In this document: piece by piece, positions 1-12,394 of the stretch
How positions within the stretch are numbered: the first letter of the stretch is position 1
Layout: each line of letters opens with the position of its first letter
Source: Camelus ferus
Taxonomy: Eukaryota
Reading direction: 5' to 3'
Length of the DNA: 64,000 nucleotides
Assembly (NCBI RefSeq): GCF_009834535.1
Contig: NC_045713.1
Location: forward strand, 3,038,001-3,102,000
The notes under the pieces: model-generated
The model's database searches: none
Seen by the model: only the letters and a program-made list of their open reading frames with translations
Told to the model about the DNA's origin: nothing
Made by a program: the position numbers and the translations under genes

Positions 1-375
1 CATCCAGGACCTTGGCTGAGGAATGTTTAAATGCCTGAGGGTGAGTCCATGGCTGAAGGCTGGACTTACCTGGAGGTTTCTGGACTCACAAGTCTGGTGC
101 CTGGGATAGGATGATGTCTCAGAGGCTGAGCTCAGCTGAGACCAGAGCACCTGCATGTGGCCTTTCCTTGTGGCTTAGGCTTCCTTACAACATGATAGCC
201 TCATGGTGGTCGGACTTCTCGCGTGGGGTCTAGGAGTTCCAAGAGAAAGTCAAGGCCTCCAAAGACACATAAGGTCACTTTTGCCAACACTCAGTCAAAG
301 CAGTCATGGAGGTGTCCTACGTTCAGTGTGTGAGGGCATGGACCCCACCTCTCAATAGGAGGAGTGTCAGATAAT
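1..375 (-). mobile_element. MaLR MLT1 (F-I subgroup) LTR, truncated by the window edge
   Basis: Reverse complement reads ...tgacactcctcctattgagaggtggggtccatgccc...aaggccacatgcaggtgctctgg..., matching remembered MLT1F-I LTR motifs. Confidence 0.75.
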
Positions 376-619
376 CCGTGTGTTAGAATAATTTGTGCTT
401 TAGAACTTCCACTCCCTTAAGTCACACTCCACAAGTCTTTTGTCAGAAAGCTGGCTGGTGGAGAAAGCAGTGGATTGACAAGCATCAGCCCGAGGCCCCT
501 TGTGACTCTCTCTTTTCCCTTCTCGGAGCCCCCTTGAGACCTCTCTGCAGCTTTCACAGCCTGTGCTGCTGGGTTTCAAGGAAAGACACAGTGTTTGGGC
601 CTCCAATTCCACCCTGAGA

Positions 620-800
620 CATTTCTATTTGATTCCTTCCTTGGTGATTAGGCTTCTGCAGTGGCAGCTTTGAGAAGAACACTGTTCTGGGAGGACTGGA
701 AGGATGGCAGCCAGCTGGGTGGGATGGAGAGGGGCCACCTCGGGCAGGGAGACTGATGAGAAGACCACACAAAGGCTCAGGACTGAGGTGGGGCCTATGT
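620..800 (-). mobile_element. Old L2 LINE fragment
   Basis: Purine-rich ggatggagaggggc...agggagactgatgagaagacc pattern typical of antisense L2. Confidence 0.45.
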
Positions 801-3654
801 ACAGAGAGTGGAGAAGGATCGTATCTCCAAATACAAAGAGCAAAATACAGGAGTGGGTGGCTGTTTTCAAGAACGATCATTGGGTAGATCAGTCCCACGG
901 CCGGACTCCTGGGCAAGGTTAATGAGTACGTATACACATCCTTACTCCTCCTCACTGAACGGCTTCGAAGGAAGAAGCTGCAGCATCTCAGCCCCCTAGA
1001 AATCACATCAAAAATGAGTCAGCTCTTCCCAGCCTCCTTTTGCTAATGAGCCCCAAGTGTGGGGGTCCTCACCCCTCTACCACTGTTGTACAGGAAACTC
1101 ATGAATTTTTAAATATATAGAAAGCACATTGTTTTGTGATTACATTAGACCTTCCAAAGGAAGCATGACCATAAATTTTGAGATGAACAGCCAAGTGCTG
1201 GAAGCCTGCCTCTCTGCTTGACTTCAGTAACTTATCTCAATGAATCCTCAGCAGAAAGCATCTTATATACTTCAGTTCTTGAGAAGATGAGATGCGAATG
1301 CTGGGGAATTATAAGAAAGTGGGGCTTTATTGCAACAGTGAACAAGCTGGAAATTACAAGGTAATGGAATCTCTGTGGGAGGTCCTCGTACCCTGCCATT
1401 AGCTAACTCAGACAATGATTGCTGCAGAAGCGACCAGGATTATAAAGCACCACACAGGTTCCTGCACTTTGCATCCTCGTCCGGTGAAGCCCAGGCATAA
1501 TCTCACTTGAAGCAGAGGGTACACCTGGCTGCTGGGAGCTTTGACCTCACAGGGAAAGTCTACAGAATTACCTGCCTTAGGAATCCTTTATCCTATTGGA
1601 GAGGATTTCATCCTGAGCCCTTGTGGAGCACAGACGCTAAACAGTGTTCGGAAAAAGGTGGAGTGGTGGGTCAGGCCTGGGAGGAGATACTAATCTCCCA
1701 GAAGCAGCCTCTGCAGACTCTGCCTCTTGCCCCTTTGTGGGATCATTGAACCAAAGGATGGCCTGAGCAGGGATGCCAGTCAAGAGCATCTTTCCTGCGT
1801 TCCTTGTGTGCAGCTGTGAAGGCTCCAGGCTGTGCAGGAAATAGAAAGGCAGGGGTGCAGCCCTGATTTGGGCCTATGCAACCACAACCACAAAGATAAC
1901 AACACCGTAATGCCAGATAAAATGTCTATACCAGGTACTGAGCGAGTGTTGCACATACCTTTTTTCTGACCCTTCCAATAACCTCTCCAGGTAGGTGATC
2001 TTAGCCCCATTATAGAGAAGAGAGAGAAGTTCATTGCCTTAGTGCACAAGAAATGTGGATTACATCGTCCCATCAAATACTCTTTCCTAAAATTTGGTTC
2101 TTTGAGAATCATCTTTATGATTCCTACCCACGCACTGTATATATTTTTTTATTGTTTACTTATCTTTGAATCAATTTGTTCATCTTGCCCAGGTTTTGTT
2201 TAGTTAAACACAGCAGAGCCATGCAGCCTGAGAGTAGCTGGGCCCTGGACCAGGTCCCATCCCACCTGAGTTATGCTGACCCAGGTAGGAAGTAGAGTTC
2301 ATCAAGAAAAGCCCTGAATCGTGGTCTGGACAGGCTGCAGTGTCTCATAATCCGAGATGAAGCACGGAGAAGGCAGCAGACAGCACTGAAGGATAAATGA
2401 AGGAGGGACAAAGCTTTGACAAAGCTTGGATTCTGTGGGGAGCCCACAGGGAAAAGGAAGTAACCTGCATCAATTGACACCCTCAGTGGTGACCTTGAAT
2501 GTGGGGTTTTGGTCCCTGGGAGGCGCTGACCAGAGCAGAGCACGGGCACAATGACTGGGCGCTGGGACACGCGCCAGGTCGGGGAGGGTGGGGTAGCACA
2601 GAAAGAGGGTTGAGCTCTGTTTCTAGAACTGAAGCCAAGGCAGGAAATGAGGATGGAACTCTCTGCCAAAGCCCACATGTCAGGGGCTTGAGGGCAGGAC
2701 TTGACTTTGGAGCCAGAGTTCCCACAGTCTCCCTGTTCCCGGGCCTTCCTGAATGCAGGGGGTAACTGCAGGTGGACGGGATCTGCAGGTGGATGTCTGA
2801 GGCTCCAGCTGCAGGGAGAGGAGGGCTGGGAGGCAGGGAAGCAGCCCGGCTCCTGGGGAAGCTGCCTGGCCTTCATGTTAGGATAACAGAGGCTCACTTT
2901 CACTCCCTGGTGGGAAAAGAATACGGGTCAGGTGTCTGCACAAGTGAGCCCACCGCGCTCCTGAGCCCCCTCCAGCTCACCTTGCTCAGCCTCCCTAGGG
3001 GACACGAATGAGAAACATCTCTAGTTTGTGTTCATAAGCATGTGCGAATGAGGACTGGGCTGTTATCCCAAGGCAGAGGTAAAAATGCAGCTAATTATGT
3101 AAAAGGGGGTGAAGTGCTAAATCCAGAACCACTTGAGAGGGAAGAAAGGAAGAGAGGAAGGCGTGAGGAGGGGGGAGCATCGGGAGTCAGGGTCCTCTCT
3201 GCTGCTTGGAGCCTTTGAAATCTGGTGTGTGCTCCCTTTTCACATCGTTCTGAGAAACAGCAGGATTAGCTGATGTCCAAGTTATGGAATTCAATTCAGT
3301 TTATCCACCATTTTCTAGGAGCTTATTATGCAAAGAAAGAGAAAGAAAGAAGAGAGGAAGGAAGGAAGGGATGGAGGGAGGGAGGAACAGTCAAACGAGG
3401 AAACCCCAAAACAAAAATCTTTCTAACAAGTTTGCATAAAATGCTCTGCACATACTTTCTGATGTGTAATTTGTTTTCCTGGCTGCACCTACTCGTCAGG
3501 ATGGAGTGACCGGTGTTCAGATGTGTGCTGTGAGTCGACAGTGTATCCCTACTCCCAATTTTAGAAAAGGAAGAATTAACATCTATGGAACACCTAGTAC
3601 GTACCAGAACTGTGATAGATATTTGCTGTGTATTCTCTCATCAGACTCTTGAAT

Positions 3655-4027
3655 CACACAGGTTAAGCTAAGTTGTGCTGCAGTAGCAACTTTTAAACCT
3701 CAGGGGCTTGAACGTTGTGTTTATTTCTTGCTCACATTACATGTCCGTTGCAGGTGGGCTCTGCTTCTTGTGGGACCCAGGCTGGGGGAAGAGCCTTCAT
3801 CTCAGTGGCACTGGTGGCCATTCTCCATAGAAAGGTAGCTCTGGAGAACACACACCAGCAGTAAAGGTCTCCTGCCCCCAGTGACATATGCTCAGTTCCA
3901 TTCACGACTCATTACAGGGTAGTCACACGGCCCCACCCTGCTCCAAGGGAGCCAGGGCAGAATCCTGCCTTGTGCCCAGAAGGCAGAGAGTGGGAGATAC
4001 TTGCCAAAAAGCAACAGAGGCTTTCAC
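3655..4027 (-). mobile_element. MaLR MLT1K/L LTR
   Basis: Starts ggttaagctaagttgtgctgcagtagcaac, has tttatttcttgctcac (AATAAA on minus), ends ...gctttcaca. Confidence 0.7.
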
Positions 4028-4349
4028 AGTTTCTTAATGCCTAGCCCACAGGGTTGCCATATTTTTCTCATTTTACAAATGAGGTTTCTAAAGCTAGGAG
4101 GACTTGATTGACTTCATCAAAATCCAATGTGTTTTTATGCCTTAATTCAATTTCTTTTGCTTTCTGTATTTGTGAACCTTTTTTTCCTAGTAAAAGCAAA
4201 CGTGTGGTGGACTTGATAAAATCAACTGTCACAGCCTGAAAGCTTGTTGCCAAACTCTCCCAAAAGGCAGGCAGCTTCCTAAGTCTTGCCCAGGTGACTG
4301 GCCATTTCCCTGGCCTCTTTCCTGTGAACACCATTTAAAATAATTTAAA

Positions 4350-4620
4350 CTAGGATGAGGTTCCCCAGACAGAGTCCCATAGAATGTTAGTTCCATTAGA
4401 TACTAAAAAGTGGTCCATTAAATTTACTTAGGAAAAAAATGTTTTGGAATTGGTATACTCAATGTTAGACAGATTGTGTCACTGAAAAATTGTTTTTTTT
4501 TAAAGGATTGAAGTTGCTGATATGCCTTGTGATTCTCCAAAAGGGAGACTCTAGCATGTGATGTATCCCAAACCTATTTGCTTCCATTTTCAGGAACACC
4601 TATTAACAAGGAAACACTGG
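4350..4620. mobile_element. hAT-Charlie-type DNA transposon relic (MER5/MER102-like)
   Basis: Motifs such as gtcccatagaatgttag and tatcccaaacctatttg resemble Charlie MITEs; heavily diverged. Confidence 0.35.
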
Positions 4621-6606
4621 ACCGAGATGTTAAATGAGTGATAATGTTGCTTATTGCATTTTAAGAGGTACACCGCGTAAACGCCTTTCATGCAGTGGCT
4701 CTGGAGTGGGAAAGTTCAGGGGCAGGAGCATCAATTACCACACAAAGGGCCTGTATTACTGCAGGTGCTGTGGATAGAAAACCATACAAGTATGGTCCAC
4801 GTCCTCCTTCAAGGACCGCACGATTGAAACAAAGAGTCATGAGTTACTGGCAGTTGTCATCTGCTAGGCATGGCAGGAATGCGATTTTTTACATCTTTAC
4901 TCTAGTCCAGTCCAGTAATTCTCATCTTCATTTTGTAGATAGCTAAGATGCAGGTGAACTTGCTCAGCCAAAATCGCAGGACCCGTTAGACACTGAACCT
5001 GGCTCCCACCTGGGGTCTTGCTCTCTGTCACTTGGTGCCTGTCTGCCAGGTCTCCTGCAGGGACTAGACTAGAGCTGAGGGCAGCATCACGGGCCCACGC
5101 TCATGAAGCTCCGGGGAGCGTCACCTCCACTCTTAAATGAGACCTCCACACCCTCCCCTCAGTGCACACTGTGCATAGAGCCCCGTGGTCCTCAACCTTG
5201 GCTGCCTGTGAGCGTCACTGGAGGAGATTCACAGAGTGCTCCCATCCAGGCTGTGCGCCATCCCAGTGGACTCAAGGCCGCCAGGGGTGGGAGCCCTCCA
5301 TCACTATTTTGGGAAGCTCCCCAGTGATTTCAAGACTGAGAACCAGTGGTGTGGCCCCCGCTGGACCTGCAGGAAGCATCAGCCTTGCTCTTCATGCCTG
5401 TACCTCTCACCTCCCCTCTGGAGCGTGAGATCACACCTGAGATGTAGCAGTCAGCCTGTTCCAAGAAGAACTCTTCTTGGTGTTAAAATAACCCCCTTCT
5501 CTCTAAGGGAGTCTCAGTCCCTTAGAAGGAGCAAAGACTGTGGTTTTGGACCATCCAGGGTTCTGCCCTTACTGCCGCCCACACTTGAGAATGACTTCAT
5601 CCCTCTGGGCTTCAGGGGTTTTTTGCTTGTTTTTTGCTTTTTAACTGCATCTCTACTAACACCCTCTGCACAGGCTGGTGCAGGGGGGAAAGGAGATGGT
5701 GTTCAGTTGGCATATAGCAGGTGCTGAAACACGATCGTTCCCTTTCTCTTCCTTCACTGTGCCCTCTACTCCCTGTGCTTGGATTTACAATGAAGCTAGA
5801 ATCTTAAGAATGTCACGGCTTGTCCTAAAACTAAGTCTGTGGTGGCACTGCCGTGAAATCCTGCCGTGGGACCTGGAAGTCATGGAGTAAGTGATGGCTT
5901 TGATCATCTTCTGTTGGCTCTGGCTGCATTATTATTAGATGGCCTTTATTTAACTTTGAGGAATCTGAGTCATGTGTTCGTTGAAGTCAGTGAGGCCCAA
6001 CAGAGACAAATATGTGTACAGTCCCCGTCCTTAGATGCGCTAATTGCTCACCCGGCTCTCTAAATTCTAATTAAAACCATTCCACCAGATGATTCTGTTC
6101 TATTCCTTTCAACTTGTAATTAAAGCGTTCACTGGCCAACTAGCCGAAAGAAGGGAAGAGGCTCTGCTTAGCTGTTTGAAGAAGAAAATGGGATGAAGGC
6201 CCCTGAGGTGGTGACTTGGTTGTTTGTGGTTCAACAAGATCAGCCCCCTGTTGATTAGAGATCATTTAAGAGGAAGAACTGACTCTGCTTTTGGACATTC
6301 AGTTTAGGTCGATTACAGCTAAGTTCAAGAATTCGACTCTTCGGGCATTCATTAAATACCACGCTGCATTCCCAGTGGCAGAACCTTTACATGAAATCTC
6401 CTGCTCACCAGTCAGGAATTGACAAGTGGTGAACCAGTCACAGGAGACAGTCCGCACGCTCAGAATTGCCTTAGAGTGCCCTCCTTTGGTCTTTTCCTTG
6501 CCCTCATCTTCCTGGTTGGCTGGTTTAGTGATTCCTCACTCCAGCTCTCTCAGATTTTACTTGCTCCTTACTCACTGGTCCCACTTAGTATTGTTGCGGA
6601 AAAATG

Positions 6607-7121
6607 TGTTACAGCTCGGTGTTATAGCTCAGCTGTGACAACAACCTGGATCCAGGAGAGAGACCAAGCATCACTTGGAGAGCTGGAGAATTCAGGTTTA
6701 TTACGCCAGCAGGCCCAAAGGAGTTAACACTCCAAGCTCTGGACCTAGTCTATAGGTTTACACAGGCTTTTATAGGCTGCCAGTTTACACTTTGCAACAT
6801 CATATGCAAATAAGGCATAACAAAAGTTGACTAATTAGGAACAAGCTTTGCAGAAACAGACCAATCAGGAGGGAGAGAAATAACCAATCAGGAGTGAGGG
6901 AAATGGACCAATCAGGAGGGAGAGAAATAACCAACCAGGAGTGAGGGAAATAACCAATCAGGAGTGAGCTCAGGGAACCAACAGAATTTTAGGGGTAAGT
7001 AAGCTGTTTTGGAGGCAAAATGAGATAGAGCCTCTGGGCCAGGGAACCGGATGGTGCTGGCACAAGAGTAGTGGCCCTGCCTGGGGGTCCTGCTGGTCCT
7101 TTTATGGGGCTTCCCGCCTCA
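6607..7121 (-). mobile_element. Solo ERV1-class LTR (artiodactyl type)
   Basis: TG...CA termini (tgttacagc at 6607, gcctca at 7121); minus-strand AATAAA (tttatt ~6699), TATAAAA (ttttata ~6767) and multiple CCAAT boxes in the expected U3-R-U5 order. TSD not clear. Confidence 0.8.
6860..6983. repeat. 23-24 bp tandem array of CCAAT boxes inside LTR U3
   Basis: CCAAT/CCAAC at 6861, 6884, 6908, 6931, 6954, 6978; unit accaatcaggag(g/t)gag(a/g)gaaata. Confidence 0.92.
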
Positions 7122-7219
7122 GAATCCTACTAATCACAGGCAGTTTTTGTTTTTTTTTTGGAGGCGAGGTAGGGATTGGACAGACACCACCTACCAACTC
7201 TAGGTTGGCGGTTACACAT

Positions 7220-8620
7220 ACAGAGTTTACTATCCTTAATGTAAAGAGAGTCTTTACAAACTTATAAGAAAACCTTGAGGCTACAGTAGATAAATAAGGA
7301 CATAAATCATTCACAAAATAAAAGTATGAATGGCCAAGTATGTTTAAAATACCTTTTAAAACAAGCACGAGATACTGTTTTTCATCTACCAAATTAACAA
7401 AGGAGGATCATAATTTGTAACGTTGGTGAGCAGGCACTTTTGAAGGTGCTGGTAGGAGCAGAAATGGGTATCAAATCCCCCCAACCCACCCAACATGCTC
7501 GGGGCCCAGGACAGGAGTATGCCTGGAGGCCCACACACCATGTGTCTACATATTTAAAAGTTACAAGGATAACAAACTCTTAAGTATTTTCAGTCTCTCT
7601 ACCTTGACAGATACACCTTCCTACTGACTTGGATGAGTTTATAATTCTTGGATTCTCAGGAGTTCTTTGGTAGGACTTGGTGGCTCTTGGCCCCTGGCCT
7701 GTCCCACTCCTCTTCCCTCCCCCAGCTCCATCTGTACTGTGAGAGACTTTGTACACGTGCGTGTGAACACCCCTCTGCACATCCGAGATCTTTCCAAGTG
7801 CCCACCCACCCCACCCAGGCCAGGGCGTGCACACTGCAGTTAAGGTCTGCTCTTGAGAAGACAGCTCCAGGGAAGAGACTCTGAAGCCCTGGAGTCAGGT
7901 GAGGCAGGCAATTCCAGGATCCCAGGCACTTGGAGCAAGATCTAGAAAGTCAGGGATCATGGGCTCCCAGTGGGTTATCTGCTAGACCCATAGGAAGTGC
8001 CATGGCCCAAGGAGGGCCAGAGAGGGGCCCAGGACAGTGTGGGACCAGACTAGGGATGCTTCTCACCAAGGTCAGTAATAACAGGTATTCTCTTCCTGAG
8101 AAACAATTGGACAGTGTGTCTTTGTTTCCTAGAAACTAAGCCCCAGGCATCCAGTCTCTGAGAATTAGAGCTCTATACAAAAAACTCAACAAAAAAGTGA
8201 AAGAATACTTACATATACAATATTATTTGGTAATATTATCTATCATATCCCCCTCAAAAAACCACAGCCTAATGTCCAACAATAAGCCAATGACTAAATC
8301 AGTTATGGTGCTTTCCAAACATGGCTTGTAATGTTCAGTGTCAAAAATAATAAGAAATGATGTAATACATGATGTTAAATGAAGTGTTTAATACATAATG
8401 GCAAGTGGTTGGGAAAAAAAAAAAACAGGATGTGAAACTTTCTGTCCATTGGAAAATATTTAAACATAAATGTGCCAGAATAGAATATTAACTACTATTG
8501 ATGAGGTGAGTGGGCAAGAGGGAGTGGATTCTAGCTAATATTTCTCTCTTTATGTTAGCCATTATTTGGAAAATTTTCTATATAGCAGGTTATTAAGTTT
8601 ACTCTCAAAAAAAAAAAAAA
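7220..8620 (+). mobile_element. Ancient L1ME fragments (7220-7480 ORF2 end; 8170-8620 3' end with A tail)
   Basis: A-rich decayed L1 sequence (tttcatctaccaaattaacaaag; aatgtccaacaataag; ggaaaattttctatatagc) ending in an A run at ~8607. Confidence 0.55.
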
Positions 8621-9467
8621 GAAAGTACAAATTCTTTTAGGTGTTTTGAAATAAGGAATAAGTACACAATAGAAGTTATTGTTGTGGATCTGGTTTTTGC
8701 TTTGGGAGTGGGTTCTTGGTTGCTTATTACATTGTTAACAGTACATAGATCAGGACACAAGCAAACAAACAAGCACTGTATCCTGCAGGGAGTAATGATC
8801 GAGGTGTGTCGTGAGTCAGAATTGTGATGAGTTCTGTACAACTGAGGTCCAGATATAAAGATAAACAGCAAACTCATGCTAAATTTATTAAAATAAAGAT
8901 ATAAATGGAAATGCAGGGTCAAAAAGAAAAGGGAAAACAAAGCTTTGCTGACTACATAGGTAAACATCGTTGGCAGTGATGTGAGTTTCTTCCCCCGAAC
9001 TTACTGGCAGGTAGAGCACAGGAAGACCCCTGTTGACACCTCACCTGTCTCTGTTTGTAATCAGCACCTGGAGGGGGCACATGATTTATCACATTGCGGT
9101 CTTGGTCTGTGTCTTCTTGGTGCACTGCCTCTCTAGAGTGTGCCCCACTCATCTTTATATTTCCCATTTATGAGAATGGCATGGTAAAAAGGGTTCAACT
9201 GAGCAGTTTCTGGCATTTAATGTACTTTGAGTCTCAGCTGTTGAGGCAAGACATTTCTCTGCCCTCGTAGGTGCCAAGAAGATTCCAAAGTGACCCAGCA
9301 TTGCCCTGGGTTGGAGCTTTACAGTAGCCATAGAGGAAAAGACCCATCTCTAGTTTGAAGGTGGGTACAGAGAATCACTGATGAGACAATCCGAATGAAA
9401 AAAAAAAATGCAGAAGAAATGGGTTCCTGCTGGGAAAAGTTTGGGGGAGGAAATTCCCTCTAAATAC

Positions 9468-10088
9468 TGTGCATAAGCTAAAGCAGGGTTTGGAAGTCCC
9501 CAAGACCACTTATGACACTGACTGTAAGCTCAGGGTCCTCAAGACCACCCTCAGGTTTGGTCACTTACTAGAAGGACTCATGGACTTACTGAAAGACATT
9601 AGATGTAATGTTACAGTTTATTATGGCAGAACAATACCAATTAAAATTAGCCAAGGGGAAAGACAGATGGGGCAGAAGCCAGGAGGGTTTCACATGTAGA
9701 GCTTCTGTGGTCCCCTCCCACTGGAGTCATGGACAGCACTGTCTTCCTTGGCAAGAATGTGTGACGGTGCTCAAGGAGTGCTGCCAACCAGGGAAGCTCA
9801 TCCAGGCCTTGGTGTCCAGAGTGTTCATTGGGGTTTCATCATGTAGACATACTTGACCACCCACGTGGCTGACCTCTGTCTTGAGCTCCTCCGAAGTTTT
9901 AGCTTATACCACCTGGCCCAAGGCCCCCACCACAAATCACCTAAACTGTAAGCCATGGCCCAAGGTCCCCAGGTAAACAAAGACATTTCTGATCAGGCAG
10001 GTCATTCCAAGAGCTTAGAGATCACCTCCTAAGAGTCAAGGTCAAAGACCTGACCTGTCTTAGGGTAAAGGTATTTCCTTAATACACA
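9468..10088 (-). mobile_element. MER21C-like LTR
   Basis: Contains caagaccaccctcaggtttg, gccaaccagggaagctca and cccaggtaaacaaagaca motifs; tttatt at ~9618. Confidence 0.8.
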
Positions 10089-10344
10089 AACAGACATACT
10101 TGGATTTTCTAAAGCCAACTTTGCAGGATGTCATAGTGTATGAAGATTGCTCATTTGGATTCTTACATGCTTTAGGTATTCTACACGACTATTCCTCTTT
10201 CTCGCCCCTTGTTAGCAAGAATCTACAGCTGAAATAAGACAGACTGGAAACAGTGTTTCTAGGTAGTAGTGTTGCAGGTTGGGTTCCCTGGAAAACAGTC
10301 TCTGAGATGGAGTCATGTGTGCACCACATTTATTAAGAAATACC

Positions 10345-10838
10345 TGTGGGAGGCAGAAGATTATGCCCCCAANNNNNNNNNNNNNNNNNNNNNNNNNNNN
10401 NNNNNNNNNNNNNNNNNNNNNNNNNNNNNNNNNNNNNNNNNNNNNNNNNNNNNNNNNNNNNNNNNNNNNNNNNNNNNNNNNNNNNNNNNNNNNNNNNNNN
10501 NNNNNNNNNNGAGTTTGGACTGTGGGGAGGATCAGAAGTCAGGAGGGTCTGGGTAAAGATGTGACAACAGAAGCATAGGGTTTAGAGGAGGTTTGAAGAT
10601 GCTTGCACTGCTGGCTTTGAAGATGCAGGAAGGGGCTGTGAGCCAAAGAAGAAGCCAGTCTCAAGAAACTGGAAAAAGCAAAGAAATAAATTCTTCCTTC
10701 GAGCCTTCAGAAAGAACACAGACTTGCCAACATGCTAGTTTAGCCCAGTGGAACTTATGACCTCCAGACCTGTGAGAGAATACATTTTGTTGTATGAAGC
10801 CACTGAGTTTGTGGTAATTGGTTGCAGCCAACACAGCA
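10345..10838 (+). mobile_element. MaLR MLT1C/D LTR containing an assembly gap
   Basis: Starts tgtgggaggcagaagattatgccccc; has ctggctttgaagatg and ggaaaaagcaaagaaataaattcttcc; ends ttgtggtaattggttgcagc. Confidence 0.8.
10373..10510. other. Assembly gap (138 N)
   Basis: Run of N. Confidence 1.
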
Positions 10839-11003
10839 CCTTTGGGAGTGAGAGGAAGCAGGCGTGGGGAGAGAGACAAGGCCAGCAGTGATGCTAAAGG
10901 CTCAAGAGCATTCCTGACCAATGGCCCAGGGAGCTCGAGAGACAGGGAGCCCTGCAGAGGTGCCTGTGGTTGGGCTGAGATGGCCAGGCCTTCACGCCCC
11001 TGC

Positions 11004-11605
11004 TGTTGTCAAAGCCAAGTTCACGTGCCCAATGCAGTGAGGCCAAACAAACCAAGACATGGGAATTTGGAGCAGAGAAAGCCTTACTTACTGCAGGGAC
11101 CATGCAAGGAGAATGGAGCGGCTCATGCTCAAAAGACTCAAACTCCCTGATGGGTTTCAGGGAAGATTTTATGGATGAAGTTCGGGAGGACAGCAGGGTG
11201 TGTGACTCTCCTCTTACTGGTTGGTGGTGAGGTAACAGGGTGGTGTTCCAGAAAACTCAGTCATCAGCCTTCTGGTTCCAACCAGTCTGGGGTCCACGTG
11301 CTTGTGCTCAGTCTGAAGTTACCATCCTCCACCTGGGTGGGGGGCTTATTTCCTGTAGAAGAACTTAGAGATCTGTATCAGAGTGTGATGCTCATTCCCC
11401 GAGGTGGAACCGGGCCCAGGCCCCAGGCTGCACTATTGTTTCTTTCTGCATTCCCTTCACTCCCCTAATAGTGACTGTTTGAGTCTGCCCTTTAGAACTC
11501 TGGGAAGGCCTAGGAGGCTGAAACCTTTATACTACAAACAAGTAATGGGGGACACAGAAAAGCTTGTGTACTTGGGAGGGTCCCGCAGGGTCCTGCTTGG
11601 TTTCA
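11004..11605 (-). mobile_element. Solo ERV1 LTR, Laurasiatherian MER41-like
   Basis: TG...CA termini (tgttgtcaaagccaagttcac ... gtcctgcttggtttca); 4-bp flanks ctgc/ccgt compatible with a decayed TSD. Confidence 0.75.
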
Positions 11606-11745
11606 CCGTCTCTACCCATCATTGCTGCTGCAGAGGCAACCAGGAAGTGGCTGACCACCGAGAGTTACTTGTTAACAGCCCCCAGCTTCTGGGGATACAG
11701 ATTCTTCTGATGTAAGAAAAAGAGCGGGGGAGCGCGAGAGGATGG

Positions 11746-12330
11746 CTGTGTCCCAGGTCTCGGTTGAGTCCCTGGCATGCGCCCTGCCAAGTGAGGGTCC
11801 TTGGCTTCACACAGGAAAGAATTCAAGAGGGAGCCGTAGTTGAGTAAAAGTAGATTTATTTAGAGACATGCACACGGGGTAGAGGGTGGTGGTTACAGTA
11901 AAGGTTAAAGTAAAAGTGGACACACACTCCATAGACAGAGTGCAGGCCATCTTGGAAGGCAAGAGAGAGAGCTAGACCACAAGGTGCAGTGTTGCTAGTT
12001 TTTATATGCTAACAAGTGAGAAGATTATTCCAACTACTTTGGGGAAGGTGTGGGGGTTCCTAGGAATTGAGCCACCGCCCTTTCTTTGAACTTTCATGCT
12101 TAGCTTTGGAGCTGTCATGGTGCCTGCAGGTCTATGCTAGGACATTACAATGTGGTCACCATGCTAGGACATTACAGTCTGTATAATGTAGCTCAAGGTC
12201 CCCTGGAGGTCGAATCTCCTGCTATCTTGGGCCTTAGGGTCTACTGGGAATTGACTTTTCCACCATCTTGGTACTGATTGCTGTGTCATTCTTTTAATGG
12301 CTGTGTCCTGCCCCCTTCCCTCCTGTCTCA
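11746..12330 (-). mobile_element. Solo ERV1 LTR (MER4-group/LTR39-like)
   Basis: Minus-strand 5' end TGAGACAGGAGGG at 12330; TATAAAA (ttttata ~11999-12005); AATAAA (tttatt 11855-11860); internal 16-bp direct repeat atgctaggacattaca at 12134 and 12161. Confidence 0.75.
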
Positions 12331-12394
12331 CTTCCTTATAGGGGATTTGGGCATTGTATCCTGGTATTCACACAAGTCAGCTTGTGGACACATT

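Larger units (their letters stand above)
10270..12340 (-). mobile_element. LTR16-like ERVL LTR split into pieces by three later insertions
   Basis: Fragments tgttgcaggttgggttccctgg (10270), gggagtgagaggaagcagg...cacgcccctgc (10840-11003) and cccagcttctggggata... (11606-11745) read collinearly with the LTR16 consensus. Confidence 0.6.

Noticed and set aside
554-1006. 150-aa minus-strand ORF
   Set aside because: Overlaps an L2 fragment and has no protein similarity I recognise.
2271-2903. Longest ORF (210 aa, minus strand)
   Set aside because: No recognisable domain, Pro/Ser/Leu-rich composition typical of chance frames in GC-rich DNA, and no supporting splice or promoter context.
6860-6983. 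Repeat array as a CRISPR
   Set aside because: Contiguous tandem units with no unique spacers, inside a retroviral LTR of a mammalian genome.
9066-9080. CTCF-like cctggagggggcac
   Set aside because: Two mismatches in the core; no convincing CTCF site was found by eye.
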